A stretch of 62,102 nucleotides of DNA, taken from the NCBI GenBank assembly GCA_001938485.1, contig MQRK01220018.1:1-62102 (forward strand), in the 5' to 3' direction. Origin of the DNA: Girardia tigrina. Taxonomy: Eukaryota. The position numbers and the translations under genes are program-made. The notes beneath the pieces are model-generated. The model was not told the DNA's origin. It worked only from the letters and a program-made list of their open reading frames with translations, and made no database searches. Below, piece by piece: positions 26,761 to 40,025 of this stretch (position 1 is its first letter; each line of letters opens with the position of its first letter).

Positions 26761-28010
26761 ATCACGCGACTTTTTTCTGAAAGCATTTTTATTGAAAATT
26801 TCAGTGTTTCGAGTATAAAAAATCGTATAATAAAAATTTTTATTTCTGTTTAATGCAAAGTTTGAAAATCATATCTCGAGACAAAATGATATTTAAGAAA
26901 TTACGGTTACAAAAATCGCATTCATTCTAATATCAGTCTAATATTTATTTATTAATATACAATCATTTCTTTATTGATTATAAAATCATTTCAAAAATTT
27001 ACCTTACAGCGTTAGTGAGGCAGTGAGGCAGGCAGACTTGGGCTTTTATAAGATAAGATTGAAACTTCATTAATTGACAATTCAGTTGTGAACAAGCGCT
27101 AAATAATATTATTTGTTTCATTTTGTATAATATCTTATTTAAATAAATATAATTAAGTGTAATCCATATTATTAATGTTTGTCTATATAAAACACAAAAT
27201 AACAAGTAAGCTAAAATAGAATAGATTTAATTTCACTATAAGATTCTTGAGCTTACTTATTACCGATAAAAATAAAAATAAATAATTATAATAATGAACA
27301 ACTTCACTAAATAAGTTATTAAATATTAAAACTAGAACTAACAACGGGAAAGTAAAGGTAAAGAATTAATCACATAGAATAAAGAGTTAGTTAATAATCT
27401 AAGGTCATCCATCTACTAAGATTACTTTGTAACAGGGTTTGTAAGAGAATTTGCAAATTACACGCTATAATCAAAATGGAACGACAACTTGGACTCAGAT
27501 CTTGAATGACCGTTAAATAATTTAGTGACTGATTTGATGGAACGATCTCTTTACGCAATATTTTCCAGTAAATTTTCTCCCTTTGAAATCTCTTGAATCA
27601 TCAATATGTTTGGTACCAATTTACCGTTGTATACAAATTGTCAAGTTGCGTGAGTTGCATGGTAATACTTTATTGTCATTGATTTTTTTTAACATCGATA
27701 TTTTTATTTTTTTATATTGATAATTTTAATGTTTGATGCAAGGGAGAAATTTTCTTTTGATAATATTCTTTATTTTCGTTCGTTTTCTTTTCTTTTTCTT
27801 TCATAATTTAAACGACACAAAATAATAAAAAATAATAATAATACTCCGACATAAATACACCAAGTAGTTTTTACAACGGAAGACTTTACGCATATCTCGA
27901 AACATATAAGGATAACATCTCTTGTTAACATCTCAAAATGATCTTATCGTTAAAATGTTTTGGAATGTAATTAAGTTTTAGATAACCACGAAATTTTAAG
28001 TATAAATATA

Positions 28011-29428
28011 CAGTGTCACTCAAATTAATCCGTCAGTACTTGTTTACATATTATTTAAACTTTAACATAATTAACCAAAGAAAATATCGATAAATTTTAC
28101 AGGTAAGTGACCTGAACTTTGAGTAAACTCAGTAAAAGAATATCTAATTAAAAATAAAAATAGAATTTTCTATGTAAGATTTGCAGAAAAAAATTGATCG
28201 ATCAAATTAATCTACCATAACAATAAAATGTAAAATAAATTTAAAAAATAATAGCAATTTTTTTAAAAAACAAAAGATACGCCAATTCAAAGTATATTAT
28301 CACAAAAATATATTTTAAAATGGCGTATCTTTTGTATTTTAGTAATGAAATTTTAAAATATACTTATAAAATTCTTTAAAAAACAAAAGCAATGAAAACG
28401 TTAAAATATAGAAAATCTAAGACTAATTAATATTTTATAGGTTCTCCTTTTGCATCAATACCATTAAACCTTGACAAGCATTCTTAATATCAGAATAATT
28501 GCTGCATATGTATTCTTTTGTGTTTATGAGTTCTTCTTTGGTTTTAATGTGCAATGTGGAATCTGTTGCAGAGAGATCTGGGCTAAATGGTTGCCACTTT
28601 AAAACAATAATGTTTTGACTCTATAAATGAGATAACTTGCTTTAATTTATAACATTGATCATCATCTTGCTGAAAAATATCTATCCCAGATGAATGTCAT
28701 TCAAACATTAAAGATAATAAGTTATTTTGAAATATATTAATGTACATTTTGGATTCATACAGGGTTTTTAAGATTTACAGCTGGGTGTAACCTAAGAAAA
28801 TGTGATTGTACAGTATATCATATTTATTTTTACTAAAAAATTGTTACTTCGCACATGCACACTGGATTTAAAGGAACAAAAGAATATCTTATACTTATTA
28901 AATACAATAATAAATGACCATGTGTAGAAGCGTGTATGTGCGAGAGGGAGAGAGAGTTGGTGGAATAGCAGTATGTGTATTTTTAATGAACACATGCTTT
29001 ACTTATAAATAGCCAAATTTTTGGGTGTACATCTACAAAAGCTGGGTGTACATTGTACACCAAAAATGGCCTTAAAAATCCTGATTCATGGTTCCTTCAA
29101 CTATTTTAAAGGCTCATGTTGCAATGTATGAAAATCAGCCCTATACCATTTCTTTTTTATGATAATTTTGATGTTGTCTTCAATGTTCATTTAGAAATGA
29201 CTGCTTTGTTAGTTTTTCTATATATTGTGCTCATGGAGGACATATACCAGAAGCATATTCTTTAGAAAAAAAATAGCTTAAACTTTTACGAAAAATATTG
29301 TTATGTAATATATAAATTATTTAAACTACCCTCTTCCAAAGAGACAAAACCGAGTTTTCGTATAATTTATACCATTTATATTACACGTCTTTATGACGTT
29401 TAGACAGTGAAGGTGATATTAATGGTCG
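28011..29428 (-). mobile_element. Tc1-family relic interrupted by a hAT MITE and ending at an LTR
   Basis: TA|CAGTGTCACTCAAATTAATCCG TIR at 28009-28032. Minus-strand KWQPFSPDLS and IDAKGEPIKY*. The motif VEGTMN|..MYINI is split by the 28760-29083 insertion. Confidence 0.75.
28760..29083. mobile_element. hAT-type MITE nested in the Tc1 transposase
   Basis: TIR CAGGGTTTTTAAG / CTTAAAAATCCTG, duplicated target GATTCAT(A/G), GGGTGTAC subterminal repeats. Confidence 0.8.
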
Positions 29429-29825
29429 TGTTGCGTTTATCATCATAATTCCACAACAAATTTAATCGACCAGAAAATCAGTCAATCAACAAAAAAAGAA
29501 AAAAAGAATTCAATCAATCAACATCAAATCAAAATCAAGAAAAACTCAAATAAAATTCAATATATTTAAAAAAATCTTTTTTTAATATTAAATTAAACTT
29601 ATGTGATAACTTTGACGTCAAATTATTTTAATAAATAAAATGTTTATATCTTAGTGTTCGAATTTTGAATGTTAACAAATATGGAACTCATTTTTTCTAT
29701 AAGACAGACCGACCCGGCGGTCTCACACTGAATTATATCTCCGCGAGGGGGTAAAGCCCGGGCGTGAATAGTTCGTTTTTAATCCCGTCACAGTCGATCC
29801 ACGTTGTTTTTCCTGACGACCCCAT
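29429..29825. mobile_element. LTR, same family as 14718-15154
   Basis: TGTTGCG start. Shared block ACAGACCGACC..GGTCTC..GAATTA..CTCCGCGAG..CCCGGG at 29705-29763 matches 15028-15085. Confidence 0.72.
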
Positions 29826-30254
29826 CAAGATCAAATCAAGCACAATAGATTGGTATGATGATAAATCACTCCTTATTAATAACCTTTTTGATGGTATTAA
29901 GTCTCAGATCCAAGGTATGCAAACTATCATCCGTTTGTATTGTCCTTGGAGTTTCTTTAGATTTTAAGAAAACTTACTCAATTCTATCAAGCAATTTTCT
30001 TTTTATACAACATTTTCCTTTTTATGATACATTTTGACCGGTTTCTTTGTATCCTTTGCTGATATCCAATATTGTTGAGCAAACAGATATTCATATCCGA
30101 CGAAATTTGAATCTGTCTTTTTTTCGTGATATTTTTAATAACTATATCACGAATGGTGTATTCATTATTTTGGAATTAGACTAAATTCTATTAATTAAAC
30201 TGCTTTTTTAACACTTGAAAATTTTAGATGGTGGAATATCCCGAGTCCAGAAAA

Positions 30255-32100
30255 TCAATACTTTTTTTCAAAATTTTTTTCAATATATTTTCGGCTCATA
30301 TCCATATTCCAATGACCTCGTACTGGATTTGAATTACTAATACGATCCATCACTTCATGAATAAAATTAATAGACTCTTCATTCACCTGTTCATTCCATT
30401 GTAATCTATTACACGACCGTTTTATGTAGCTACATACTAAACGCAACAAATTTCCTATCGGGTAAAGACCAATTAATTTTCCACAAATCAAATATAAACC
30501 TCTTATAGTGATCTTATCAGGGACGTTCAAGGACATGGGAGTACTCCTCGACCAGTTTAATACCCCATCACAGAGAGACAATTGAAGACCAAGAACTCTA
30601 GCTCCGTTTAGTTCCTCTGGATCTTTACATTGTAAACCGTATTTCGATAAATTATTCAGCACTTTTCTACGCTCACTTTGTCTTCATTTACAATGATATC
30701 ATCTACATAATGACGAGTTCCACGGCGAACTTTTTCATCAATAGACAAAACCCTTCCTAAAACCATGGACATTATTTTCGGAGCGATACTAAACCAAATC
30801 CTAATCTTGTAAGCTCGTCAAATTCACCATTAATTCGCACTCTCTGATACTTCCATAAAGTTGAATCTACTCCGATTTGTAAATAGGCATTTTTTAAGTC
30901 GATAACTTTGTAATTCTTTGGCATACTTCTCCACTTGCGAAGTTCGTCATCCACTGATACTGCATCTAATGTATGAGAACTAATAAACTGATTTAACTGT
31001 CGATAATCTATGACATTCCTTAATTATATCACATTCATTAATAATATCACATTAGAATCTGATTCAATCTCTATCTCACACTCTCCAAGCACAGCTACTT
31101 CATTTCCATCAACTACTTTAACACACACATTAGACTCAATCATCTTCTCTCTATTTAATTCATATCTTACATTACTCACATCACTCCCACTATCAATAAG
31201 AGCATTAATCCACTTCCCGTTCAACTTCACCATCATCTGCATAGGCACCTTTCTCTGCGCACAAGAATAGGCGGTGCCAACTATTCTTGGTTTAAGTTTA
31301 AATTTGTTCTTACATTTGTTCGCCTTGTAGCCTCCTTCTCCGCAGATAAAAGATTTAATTTTATTACTTGATATACACTCCTTTGCTATATGACCGGACT
31401 TCCTACACGAAAAACACTTCAACATAGAGGTTTTTTGGCGCCTCTCATTCGTCATTGGGCTTTTGCGACATTTTATAAGAATCACCCCGTCACGAGTTAA
31501 TTCCATCGCACCCTGATAAAGCTCTATAACTCGCACATACAGAAACTTTGCTTCTCATCCCGTTGATTATGACCCTGGCCTTTTCCACTAACTTACTTTG
31601 CGTTATCTCGTCTAATTCTATTAATGTTTTCAATTTGATTCGCACATCATCGGGTAAACAGCTTAAGAAAAAACATTTAAATATTTATTCATTAATCGGA
31701 AACTGTGATAATCTGAATAATCGCCTAATATCTTCGGCTAAATATTCAACTGTTTCATCTTTCTGTAACTTATTCGACCGCAACTCTAAAAAGGAATCGA
31801 CATCATCCTTCTCAAAGACTTTTAAGACGGCAGCCTCGACCTTCTCCATATCATTTTGATTGTCTTTGGATAAATTTTGCCACACTCTAAATGCTAACCC
31901 GTCGAAATGCATCGACCAAATTTTCGCCAGTCTTTTCTGCAATGATCTTCGCTCTCTCGAACCATCTATGCACATCTTCGTCGCCTTTGAATATCTTGAT
32001 CATCTTCAATAAAGTCTTCATCACGCGATAGCTTGTGGTTTTCACCAGAAATAGAACACTACTAAACATCAACAAAGTTTATTTAAGTACAACACAAAAA
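30255..32100 (-). mobile_element. LTR retrotransposon gag-protease-RT fragment (Ty3/Gypsy-like domain order), frameshifted
   Basis: CFSCRKSGHIAKEC plus a second degenerate knuckle, ALIDSGSD protease, RT VIDLKNAYLQI...LTRLGFGLVS(AP) and YVDDII at about 30690-30710, then VLGL...CGKLIGLYP. Confidence 0.88.
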
Positions 32101-32545
32101 ATCAAATTCTGTTTTCATGCTTTTTATCACGTATTTAAACAAATTTAATATCGAATATTTAACAACATTATTACATTATCTACTTATTATACGTACTGAA
32201 AATGTAAATTAAAAAAATATTTTGATCATGTTTTTTTTTGACAACAAAAATTATCAAGTCTTGTTTATGACCAATAAAAAAATATTAAAATTTAAAAAAA
32301 TAAAATAAAATAAAAAAATATTTTATTACAAATCCTGTAATTCTTGGTTGTACAAATATAATTTGTCAAACAGATGAAAGTTTGTGTAGGTACAAACCTA
32401 AATATCATAGACAAAGAGATGATGACTATAAAATTTGCTCGTTTGGAATAGCTTACACATCTTATAAACCAGCGAAAGTATTTTAAGGCACAGTTACTTA
32501 ACGATCATCGTCAGTGTTTCTTCCAATAAAATATAGTCATATTAA

Positions 32546-32774
32546 CCCTTACAGGACTATAAGATGTCTATGATATTAGTTCAGCCCGCGAATGTTTTCG
32601 TTTTGGCGCCATAAAGTTTGACAGTTCTTTTTTTAATCGTTCAGAAACACATTTGCCGCCTTGGACATACGTTTTATTTTGACATTCAGTAAAAAAATTT
32701 CGATTCAATAATAATTGAACAATTGATAACGATTTTTATAGACGGGAAAATTATTTCCCTTGTGCGTGAAAGGG
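32546..32774. mobile_element. Non-autonomous piggyBac-type MITE
   Basis: TTAA|CCCTT ... AAGGG|TTAA (TSDs at 32542-32545 and 32775-32778). Confidence 0.75.
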
Positions 32775-32819
32775 TTAAAAGTGAGTCTATTATTATGTTT
32801 GGTGAATGGACAGCTTGTA

Positions 32820-35075
32820 TTGGGTTGGCCAAAAAGTCATTGCGTTTTTGAGTACGTCCTAATAAAAAGCTTGAAAATATAAAACGATGTGATAAAGTTT
32901 AAATTCAATTATATATTCTGAAACCTTAACTTTCACACTATGTTTATGCAAAATATTAATTGATTTTGTTTTAATTTATTACTTTACCGTCAATTGGAAA
33001 TGGAAAATCAAAATGAGCATATTCGTCATGTTTTGTTGAATTATTTTCACAAAGGGAAAGCCACTGTGCAAGCTCATAAGATGATATGTTTTGTATATGG
33101 TAGTGACTCCTTAAAACTTCGACAGTGTCAATACTGGTTTCCTGAATTTCGTTCTGAAAAATTTCATCTGAAAGATGCACCACGCTCCGGTCGACCAGTT
33201 GAAGTTGATGGCGACAAAATAACAGCACTGATCAAATCTAATCAACATATGACGACAAGAGAAGTTGCAGAGACTCTGGAAATATCAAAATAAAGTGTTG
33301 GAAGTCATTTAAGGAAACTTGGATTCGTCAGTAAACTCGATATGTGGTTACCACATGAACTGTAAGAAATTCATTTGGTGAAACGTATAGACATTTGAAA
33401 TTTCCTTTGTGCGAGAACAAAGTGATCCATTTTTGAAGTGCTTGATTACGGGTGACGAAAAATGGATTGTTTACAACAATGTGGACACCGACGATCATGG
33501 ACAAAACGTGTGATCCTGCCAAAACGATCCCAAAAGCAGAAATTCACCAAAAGAAGGTTATGCTTTCCGTCTTGTGGGATTTTAAAGGAATTGTGTTTTT
33601 TGAACTCCTTCCGAGGAATGAAACCATCAATTCAGACAGATATTGTGGTCAGCTGGAGAAATTGGCTCATTCAATTCAACAGGAACGTCCTGAATTGGCA
33701 AATCGAAAAGGAGCTGTAATTCAGCATGATAACGCAAGACGGCATACAAGTTTGACCACTCGCCAGAAACTCTTATCACTGGGTTGGAAGGTTTTACCAC
33801 ACCAACCGTATTCTCCAGACTTAGCCCCATCGGATTTTCACTTATTTAGATCACTGCAGAATTCCTTAAACAGAAAAACATTCGCCAGTGATGATGACAT
33901 CTGTTGGGTTCTTGATCAAGATTATAATTCATTAACACCAAAAATTTATTAATAACACAATTAACAATTATTCAAACAATTTTTAGTTAACAATTTTTTT
34001 TAATAAAAAAATGTTTGTCGAGAAACTTTTCTTCGTTTTCTTTTTGACCAGATTTTTTATATAAAAACCTGAAATTATAAATATAAATAAATTGATAAGT
34101 TATTTTAAAATTGAAAAATTTTTATTTTGAAAATTTACATTCCACTATTTTTAAATTAAAACCAACATATATTTACTAAATATATTTATATATTCATATT
34201 TTTACTAAATTAATCATAATGATTTTTTATTATTTTAGAATTAGTTTAATGTTATTTCTTTCTTTTGTGAAACATTAATAAAGATTTTAATGCTTTTTTA
34301 TTATCAATATTTCAGTTTAAAAGCATTTTTTACCTACAATTATTTTTAATACCATACAAATTTTAAATACGATTTAAATACAACAAAATAATTTACAATA
34401 TTCAAATTTTTATTATTATTACGATACATTAATGATAAAAGTCTTAATATTTATTTCTATTTACGAAAACTGTTTATTTGTTAAATCTTTAATTTGTAGA
34501 ATATCAAACTGATTTTAAAATTTAAAATTATCTGTTTTTTTAACTTTACAACTCTGGAAACAAAGTTTCTTATTTTATTTTTTAGAATAACTTTTAAAAT
34601 TAGTACAACATAATTATCCTTGTCTTTATATATTTCTTTTAAATCAATTATTTAAAAATCCATTATTTCCGAATTAATTTCACTTTAAGTTTTTACTCTA
34701 CAATTAAAATTTGATTATTTTCGAAAATAACTTTATTTAATTAATTAAGATTTATATATTTTTTTACTTAAAATTGCTTTAAAAACTTTTGATTTTAAAT
34801 ATTTAATTATTTTAGAAATTCTTTATAAAAATTTATTGCTTCAAAAATTTTGAAATTGAGCCCGTCCTTCACAACATCAAATCGTTCCTAGACGGCTTTT
34901 TTGCTGACAAAGGCAAATGTTTTTATGAATCATGAATAATGAAGCTACCGGAAAGGTGGAAGAAAGTGATTGAAAATAATGGACAGTATATCGTGTAAAA
35001 ATATTTGTGTATCCATGTCATTTTTTGATAATAACTATTTTAGTAAAAAACGCAATGACTTTTTGGCCAACCCAA
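32820..35075 (+). mobile_element. Full-length mariner (defective), interrupted by a solo LTR
   Basis: Matching TIRs TTGGGTTGGCCAAAAAGTCATTGCGTTTTT at both ends with TA TSDs. Motifs DAPRSGRP, WLPHEL, ITGDEKW, HQKKVML, QHDNARRH, PYSPDLAPSDFHLF. The C-terminus KLPERWKKVIENNGQYIV* resumes after 34878. Confidence 0.96.
33902..34873. mobile_element. Solo LTR (972 bp, extremely AT-rich) inserted in the mariner transposase
   Basis: TG...CA termini with a perfect 5-bp TSD ACATC (33897-33901 and 34874-34878). Excision restores DDIKSFLDGFF. Confidence 0.88.
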
Positions 35076-35748
35076 TATAAGCAACTTGCTAAGGATGAGA
35101 ATTATACATTCTTATACATCTCAGCTAATGTATAATGTAATGAATCATATTGGGCTAAATTTAAATATAGAGTTAAATAAAAAAGTTGTTTGTAGTGATT
35201 TAATTCGGAATATTTACAAGAATTTATGTTTAAGTATAATGTTGCTCCTAGAATTTTTTAAAAAATTTTTAATTATTTTTTTTTAATTTTTTTATGATTT
35301 TATAACCATGTTTATTTTTGACCACAAAAATTAACAAGTCTTTTTTACCACTTTAGTGAAACAAACATGATCTAAATATTTATTAAAACTTCTAGAAAAT
35401 AAATTTAAAACGTTTTTTATATCATAACTATATCAAAGATTCTCTAATTTAACGTAAATTGTAAAAGAACAATCAGTGTCACAAAAAGTTTTTACATAGT
35501 TAAAATTATGCAAAACTTTTGATATTTGTTTTCACATATTTCTTCTCATAAATAGTCAAGAAGTTCCATCCAGGGCGACTCTCAAATTTCAAGCAAACGG
35601 AAGACGGGAACAATAGACCATTTATATCCAATGGATAAAAATATCAAAGTTTAGCTAATTAACTAATTGAAGATTTTTAAGAGGATATATATAAATGGGG
35701 ATTCTTCGTAAACTTTGTTACAAAAAATATTAAAGTAACATTTCAATG

Positions 35749-38523
35749 CAGAGCTGTGCAGTCGTATGAAAATTGATTAGCTCCGGCTCCGGCCTCTATC
35801 ATATATTGTCTTTAATTCCAAACCTTCTTCATACCCAGTTTACAGTTTACTTAAAGTTTTTTTCCGAAAAACATTATGTACCACAGAAGAAAATTCATTC
35901 AAAAAATTAGATTGCAGTATTGTCAAACTGTTGAAAAATTACTTTTTCATAATTCTGGATACAACAAAATAGAAATAGTTATTTCATTATTTAATTAAAA
36001 AAATTCCGGGTTTAAAAAGGACGATATCGGTATCCTTTCTCAAACCACCACTTTTATAAAAGCACCTTTGAAGTTCACTGCTGCAATTATCACAGTAATT
36101 TTATTATTCGTGAAGAATTTAGATAATCATGTTTCATATCCGCTTTATTTACGTTATCTAGATAGATAATAATCATCTTAACTTTTAAGGTGAGCATTTA
36201 TATTTACAAAAACAATAAATAAGTATAAAATGACGGTTTCATATTTTAATTTTATTGTTACAATAAAAAATATCATCATTTTTAAGATATACTTTTCACT
36301 ACTGAATTTATAATAAAAGTAGTCGATATTTTATTTCATGTTTATATGTAATAGGTAATATGTAATATTAACTATTTAAAAATTATTTTTAGATACTATC
36401 AGTAAATTTACATATTAAGAACACTAATATTATTTAAATCACAACTCGAATTGTCTCCAGAACGATTCTCCACAAAAATTTCGTTGTCAAATATCACTAT
36501 TGATCGATAAATTTAAATTCTATTTCTAATCTTCTAATTAGTTAAACAAATTGAAATTACAATTCTTTACTTAAATATTTTAAAATTATTTTCAAAAATA
36601 TTTAACTCATTTTACATACTTTATTTATGATAAAATAAATCTTTACGTTACAATCCACTATTGAAATATTTTAAAATCACTTTCAAATATATTTAAAATA
36701 TTTTGATTAAAATATTATTATATATATTATATATTAATTTAATTTTAAAGTTGTTATTTACATTTTAAAAGTTACCGAATATTCAGACTGTTCAAAACAT
36801 TCAGAATTTCAATTTTTCAATTGTTGGAAAAAGACAATCATTAAAACAACATACCAAATACAACATACAATAAATAACCATTCGAAATTATTCCTCACTG
36901 CAAAATTTAAAAAACGTATCTAAAGGGAATCACTGCTATTGGTGCGGTTGGTATGGTTGTGTACCTTACAACTTTTATTTCAGCATCTGTCGCAGTCAGC
37001 GCTCGATTTAATGATTTTGTGAGGATGAGACAGCTGCTTGGATACCAGGGGTAAATATTTCTTCTGACACAAGCAAATCGCTGGGAAGGTATCTCTTGTA
37101 GCTTTTGAAGAACTAGTGGTACTTGCTCTCTTTGACTTCTAGTCTTTGACTTCTCTCTTTGAGTCCTAGATGAAAGCAAAAAGCTGATTCTTGTTGCTAT
37201 GGATAACTCAGCAGCTGATTATTCACCTTAAAAAAAATAGAAACTTGAACGTATCGTCAAATGTCTATTTTTTATAAATAAAAATTTTTTAACAAAATTG
37301 ATAACTTCTAATAAAAATATCGCATTTACAGTTTTAATAAAGAATAAAAAAAAGACAACCGTTTTCGTTGATACAATTTTATTGAAGATCAAAAAATTCA
37401 GCGCAACAAATAATTAAAATCATTTAACGTCTGCTACTAAGTCACTTCTATCGCGATAAGTCATTTAATTCTGTTTCCAATCTTCGTTTTAATCTGTTTA
37501 AACAACAACATTAAATTTTCCTTTAATTCGATATTTATTTTTCGTTCTCCAAAATAAAGGATTTTTCAATAAAGCTATTTGGTGTAATTTATTTAAATCG
37601 TTTAATTCAACCGAAAATAATCTCGAACAATATAGATTATTATTATTAACGGTCTTATAATAAACACGTTCTTCTCTAATGACGCTTTTTTCAAATCAAA
37701 TATCTTTAGAAAATATTCAATTATATTATTTTTACTTGATTTTCGGTAAATCGTTGGAAAGAACACTGAGCCGTGCTCGTTATAATACAACAAAATTAAA
37801 CTTTTTATATTATATATATTATATGATTTTTTATCGGTTCGATAATAAAATATCCAAACTATGTTCGCGGCAATTTTCAATGGTTTCCATTGTATTTACC
37901 GTCGAAAATTGTAAATAGTTTTCACAGGGATCATTTGATTTGAAAGACGTCGCGCAGTACGTTCCAAGAATCAATATCACAACTATAGCCACTAGACGTC
38001 GACGTTTACCAAAATGGAAATAGATCACTGAAAAATTGAGACTGGAACAATAATTATTGTGCATTTTCGTTTTTGTTTGTTTTCACTTTGAGGTAGATCG
38101 AATAAACTGAATCCGACAGTAATTATTCAGAGTCGTAAATGCAATTTACTTATTGATATTTCAATAAATCAATAAAAAAATTTATAATTCTTTCAAATTC
38201 TTTCAAAAACATAAAAAAAATCTTTCTTGTAATTACATAAACAATCATGCAAAATATATGATAAAAAAAATAAAATAAAATAAATAAACACACTGCAGAT
38301 CACCTAAATAAAAATCGCGTACCAAAAAAAAATTTCTAAATTCTTAATTCCGAATTAAGTGAATCAAAATCACATACACAAACCAAAAATGTACATTAGA
38401 AAAAATACTCACTTAACACACCTAAATGTTCACATGTAGAAATATGATTTTTCCAGAATCTTGTTTTTCCTCCATCCATTCATAATTTTTAATCTAGGCT
38501 CCAGCTCTTGCTCCAAAGCGCTA
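35749..38523. mobile_element. Possible old hAT element with GGCTCC subterminal repeats
   Basis: Left end CAGAGCTGTGCAGTCG...GCTCCGGCTCCGGC, right end GGCTCCAGCTCTTGCTCCAAAGCGCTA. The TSD is not convincing. The coding-like island at 36907-37230 is unassigned. Confidence 0.35.
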
Positions 38524-39064
38524 TTAAAAAGCGCCTTTTATATGATTATATACATCTATCCATGATAGTTGTTAATCTTGTATTAATATCATACTAGAAG
38601 AAAATTTGTTATATTTCTTAGAAACAAGTTTAAATTGATTTATTCAATAAATTCAATTAATATCACGACATTAAAATATCTTACAGAAATTTTTAGGAAA
38701 CAAACATTTATCAGTCGATTTAAACAAAAAAATCAAATCAGCTTCTGAGTAACATCAAAGATTGTGTTTAGATTTTCTTTCTTCTTGTTTTTTGCCATTT
38801 ATTGAGATCTGTTATTGTCAGTTGTTTGATAAATGCGTGAAAGAAATTTATTTCATTTCTCATTTTCCCCTTTGAAGATTGGGACAAATAAATAGTTGTT
38901 TCCTAAGAAACTTATTTGTTTTATAAATATCAGGATAAAAAATACTCCTGTTTTTTTTATTAATTGATTATTAAATAAATTAATTTTCTTACATTTGCTT
39001 CCCAAACTGAGTATTAGTAATAACTAGTGTTTTAAATATTCCCTCTCTAAATATATACATGCAC

Positions 39065-39117
<53 letters not shown>

Positions 39118-39120
<3 letters not shown>

Positions 39121-39505
39121 TCAGGTGCAAAGGTTTGTGAATGCTTGTTTGTAAATTGTCTTTTGAACCCAACTGCAATTATATTGACAAATGCACACCA
39201 AAATATTTTTTTACAATAGTCTGGTGACACTTTTTGAGTTCAAACAGTTTCCACTGCTTTGATCATGTCCTGCAGGGAATTTGGGTGCATGGCAACAACC
39301 TGTTTCTTCACCTGGGTCCAGGCATTCTCAATCGGATTGAGATACGGTGAGTTGCCTGGCCAAGGACCAAGAATTTGGAAGCCTAACTGCGCTAATCATT
39401 CTCGAACAGCCTTGACATTGTGGCAAGGTGCTCCATCATACTGAAAGAAGATCGTTCTGTGTAACTCCAGTAGTGTAAAAAGCAGTATAGAAACAAGCGT
39501 TCACA
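39118..39505 (-). mobile_element. Internally deleted Tc1 element (same family as 57063-57642), inserted at (TA)n
   Basis: TIR CAGTCAGGTGCAAAGGTTTGTGAATGCTTG. Minus-strand FQYDGAPCH..WPGNSPYLNPIENAW. The other end, AAACAAGCGTTCACA, is truncated. Confidence 0.88.
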
Positions 39506-39509
39506 CATA

Positions 39510-40025
39510 TATGTGTTATGCCGTATTTGTTTAATTACCGAATTAACGAACTCGGCAAATATTTTTTAAATTAATTATTAAATTAATATTAAAAATTCTG
39601 CATTTAATATGAACAAATCTCATTTTAATAAGAAAAAAATTTAAAAAATATATACGTTTGCAATTCAGCTGGCCATCCATAAATAAATTATTACATGAAT
39701 AAAATTTTACATTTCGAATGTATTTTTTATGCTAAATTGCAATTTTTTTCAAATTAAATTTATATTTTTACATATTAAATTGATAATTTTTTTTATTAAA
39801 TAAATTTTTTCAAATTATATGCAGGATTTTTAATATTAATTTTAGAAGTTTTCATATTAAATACAGAATTTTTCATATTAAATTGATATTTTTCATTTTA
39901 CATTATACATTTATCATATTAAATTGAAAATCTTTCATATAGTTAGTTGACCATAAAATTTTGCAAAAATTGAATTCATAAATTCGGCAAGTCGGTTGTC
40001 GAATACACGAATTTGGTATAACATA
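39510..40025. mobile_element. Possible MITE with imperfect TIRs
   Basis: TGTTATGCCGTATTTG..CGAA repeats at the left and ..CGAATTTGGTATAACA at the right, with an AT-rich interior. Confidence 0.35.
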
